NCBI GenBank assembly: GCA_964579395.1
Contig: CAZOFT010000002.1
Coordinates: 66,071 to 130,070 of the forward strand
DNA from: an uncultured Gammaproteobacteria bacterium
GTDB lineage: Bacteria; Patescibacteriota; Microgenomatia; UBA1406; GWC2-37-13
Length of the DNA stretch: 64,000 nt
Reading direction: 5' to 3'
Shown in pieces: positions 61,967 through 64,000 of the stretch. Under the pieces are notes generated by a model. It did no database searches. It saw only the letters and a list, made by a program, of their open reading frames with translations, and had not been told where the DNA came from. How positions within the stretch are numbered: the first letter of the stretch is position 1; every line of letters begins with the position of its first letter. A program made the position numbers and the translations under genes.

Positions 61967-63163
61967 TCAGTTTGCTGGGATGATTCGTAAGATGCGGTCA
62001 TCGCCTTCCTGCGGTGTTCCACGGCCGTCCCGATTGCTGGTTGAGAAATACACATATCCATCGGGTCCCACCACCACATCACGAATTCTCCCGTAGCCGG
62101 TGACGATTGTTTCATCCGACTGTACTGCTGGCGGGGAGTCGGCAGTGAAGCGAATGGCATGGAGACTCTCCCCTTTGAGGGCACCGAAGAAAAAAAGCCC
62201 TTCAAACTGCGGGATTGCATCGCCGGTGTAAAACGCAGCAGATGCCGGAGCCTGTGCCGGCGTGTAGGTCGTGAGTGGGTCGACCATACCGTTTGCATGT
62301 TGGGTATGTGAGACTATCGGCCAGCCGTAGTTTTTACCCTTCTCAATCAAGTTGATTTCATCCCCGCCACCCGGCCCGTCCCAACCGGAAGGCCCATGTT
62401 CTGTAGAATACAGCCCGCCTGTTGTCGGATGCCAAGCAATTCCTTGTGTATTTCGGTGTCCATATGACCATACCGGCGAGTCAGGGAATGGATTATCGGT
62501 GGGTATGCTGCCGTCACGATTGATGCGTAGCAGCTTCCCTCCAAGTGACTGTACGTCTTGTGCAATTTGGCCATCTGTCGCATCCCCCGTTGTGATATAC
62601 AACTTATTGTCAGGGCCAAATGCCAGCCGGCAACCGGCATGAAACACTGCAGCCGGAATGTTTTCAATCAGCGTTTTGGTACCACTCACACGATCTCCTT
62701 CATCAATCGCCCGTACTACACGATCTTTGATGGCTGATCCGTCTCTGTACGCATAGCAGAAGTAGATATATTTGTTATTTGCATATTCAGGATCGACCGC
62801 CAGTCCCATAAGGCCCTCCTCATCACCCGTTGCGATATCGGGCACGGTGAGCAAGGGGGCAGGGATAAGCGTTTTCTCAAATACACGGATTCTTCCCGGG
62901 CGCTCGGCAATGAGCATGCGTGATGGGCTTGTCCACACGATGCTCCAAGGTACTTCAAGTCCTGTAACCACTTCCTCGATCGTGGTGTCTGGTGGGTTTT
63001 GTATAGTTGGTGCGCCAGAAAGCTTTTGTAGGACTGGCTTTGTGAGTCGTGATGGTGAGAGTGGGCTATTTGCATCCTGTACATATAGCAGCAGTGCAAA
63101 CGCTGCCAATAGGGTCACGGCCAGATAGATGCGTTTCATGATGTTGTACATGAAGTGTAGCAT
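61967..63163 (-). CDS. PQQ-dependent (soluble) sugar dehydrogenase, YliI/sGDH-like beta-propeller
   Basis: It has an N-terminal hydrophobic signal/anchor, then GLEVPWSIVWTSPSRMLIAERPGRIRV...HAGCRLAFGPDNKLYITTGD...GHRNTQGIAW. The start may be ATG 63139. Confidence 0.8.
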   Translation of the reverse strand: MLHFMYNIMKRIYLAVTLLAAFALLLYVQDANSPLSPSRLTKPVLQKLSGAPTIQNPPDTTIEEVVTGLEVPWSIVWTSPSRMLIAERPGRIRVFEKTLIPAPLLTVPDIATGDEEGLMGLAVDPEYANNKYIYFCYAYRDGSAIKDRVVRAIDEGDRVSGTKTLIENIPAAVFHAGCRLAFGPDNKLYITTGDATDGQIAQDVQSLGGKLLRINRDGSIPTDNPFPDSPVWSYGHRNTQGIAWHPTTGGLYSTEHGPSGWDGPGGGDEINLIEKGKNYGWPIVSHTQHANGMVDPLTTYTPAQAPASAAFYTGDAIPQFEGLFFFGALKGESLHAIRFTADSPPAVQSDETIVTGYGRIRDVVVGPDGYVYFSTSNRDGRGTPQEGDDRILRIIPAN

Positions 63164-63254
63164 ACCCTGATCGGGAAGGTCGTCACACTAGAAAGAGTGG
63201 GTAAGATGCTCTATACTCATCTATGTGTTACGGAAAAAAACAATATATATTTTG

Positions 63255-64000
63255 ATGCTCCTGGCGCTTGTGGGAGCAGTGTTACTGCTGGCCAATACCA
63301 AAAAAACAAGCATTGCAACAAGCGTCTATGCACAGTCTGCAACGGTTCCCGGAGACGCAAATCATGATGGGCGCGTCACACTGTCTGACTTTGAGGCATG
63401 GCGAATTGCGTATACCGTCGGCACACCTGATCCAACAGTACAGCCCACAGCAACACCTCCTGATGTTGCTCGCGTTACCACAATTGCAGAAGGGTTGCGA
63501 GTGCCATGGGCGTTGGCATTTTTGCCCGATGGAGACTTGCTTTTTACCGAACGTGGCGGCACGGTGCGTATTATTAAGAATGGGGTTTTGCAGCAAGAAC
63601 CGGTGGGAGAGTTGGCAAATGTTGCGGCAATCGGTGAAGGAGGACTCTTGGGTATGGCGCTTCATCCCTCGTTTGCAACAAACCAGTATGTCTATTTCTA
63701 CTATACGTATAGTGTTTCTGGGGGTGTCACAAAAAACCGCTTAGTGCGGGTGAAATATGGTAACGGCGCCTTAACGAATGAGACAACGTTGATTGATGCG
63801 GTGCCGGGAGCAAATATTCACAATGGTGGGCGCATCAAGTTTGGCCCAGATGGCTATTTATATATTGGTACCGGAGATGCGGCTGAGCCGTCGCAAGCCC
63901 AAGACACATCCTCGTTGGCGGGAAAAATTCTGAGAGTGACCGACGATGGTTCGGCAGCTCCCGGAAATCCCTTTGGCAACAGAGTATATTCATTTGGGCA
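63255..64000 (+). CDS. PQQ-dependent sugar dehydrogenase paralog with N-terminal dockerin-like Ca-binding repeat (3' end beyond window)
   Basis: Own translation gives MLLALVGAVLLLANTKKTSIATSVYAQSATVPGDANHDGRVTLSDFEAWRIAY...GLRVPWALAFLPDGDLLFTERGGTVRII...HNGGRIKFGPDGYLYIGTGD. The frame stays open to the window end, so it is absent from the ORF track. Confidence 0.75.
   Translation, partial: MLLALVGAVLLLANTKKTSIATSVYAQSATVPGDANHDGRVTLSDFEAWRIAYTVGTPDPTVQPTATPPDVARVTTIAEGLRVPWALAFLPDGDLLFTERGGTVRIIKNGVLQQEPVGELANVAAIGEGGLLGMALHPSFATNQYVYFYYTYSVSGGVTKNRLVRVKYGNGALTNETTLIDAVPGANIHNGGRIKFGPDGYLYIGTGDAAEPSQAQDTSSLAGKILRVTDDGSAAPGNPFGNRVYSFG

Noticed and set aside
1-64000. A search for CRISPR arrays, IS elements or transposases, integrases, reverse transcriptases (retron or DGR), restriction-modification genes and toxin-antitoxin pairs.
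   Set aside because: I saw no regularly spaced short repeats in any spacer, and non-coding gaps are all under 300 nt. No ORF shows DDE, tyrosine or serine recombinase, RT (YxDD), methyltransferase or common toxin motifs. The negative result is by eye only and should be confirmed with dedicated tools.

Overview
This is a gene-dense chromosomal segment with about 70 CDS and 7 tRNA genes. I saw no rRNA, CRISPR array, transposase, integrase or reverse transcriptase. Standard stop codons give full-length genes, so the code is 11-like. Gene content looks like a reduced-genome Patescibacteria/CPR-type bacterium: an IF-2 that starts at the G domain, a short bacterial-type AspRS, a short HrcA, DUF4012, many GT-C membrane glycosyltransferases, and -10 boxes a few nt from start codons. 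That assignment is inference and was not tested.

Layout:
- 1-13.9 kb: a lipid-linked (polyprenyl-phosphate) glycosylation island. It holds a Wzx-type flippase, five GT-C-like membrane enzymes, two polyprenyl-P-sugar-synthase-type GT2s, a GT4, a single-EamA mini-transporter, a 7-TM PQ-loop-like protein and UppP.
- 13.9-20.3 kb: tRNA genes (Arg, Gly, Ile-UAU, Phe, Ala, Cys, Ser) interleaved with small accessory genes, a class II photolyase and an M16 peptidase module.
- 20.3-29 kb: accessory and domain-of-unknown-function genes. These include a MazG-like gene with an in-frame TGA and a two-gene unit bracketed by a 16-bp direct repeat.
- 29-42.5 kb: a long minus-strand housekeeping run of nusA, infB, a DHH-like pseudoenzyme, two orphan genes, rmuC, recJ, aspS and a PBP5-like gene, plus DUF4012 coupled to rplY.
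- 42.5-51.7 kb: thpR, secDF, cca, a Nudix gene and nfo.
- 51.7-57.5 kb: hrcA-grpE-dnaK-dnaJ-like-epmA-efp.
- 57.5-64 kb: radA, argS, a PIG-L deacetylase and two divergent PQQ-type sugar dehydrogenases.

No canonical mobile or defence system is visible. The most unusual items are:
- the GT-C-rich glycosylation island
- a tRNA-Ile with a UAU anticodon
- the direct-repeat-bracketed cassette
- the duplicated photolyase 5' region
- the degenerate DHH protein and the two adjacent orphan genes next to rmuC-recJ
- the near-leaderless promoter architecture
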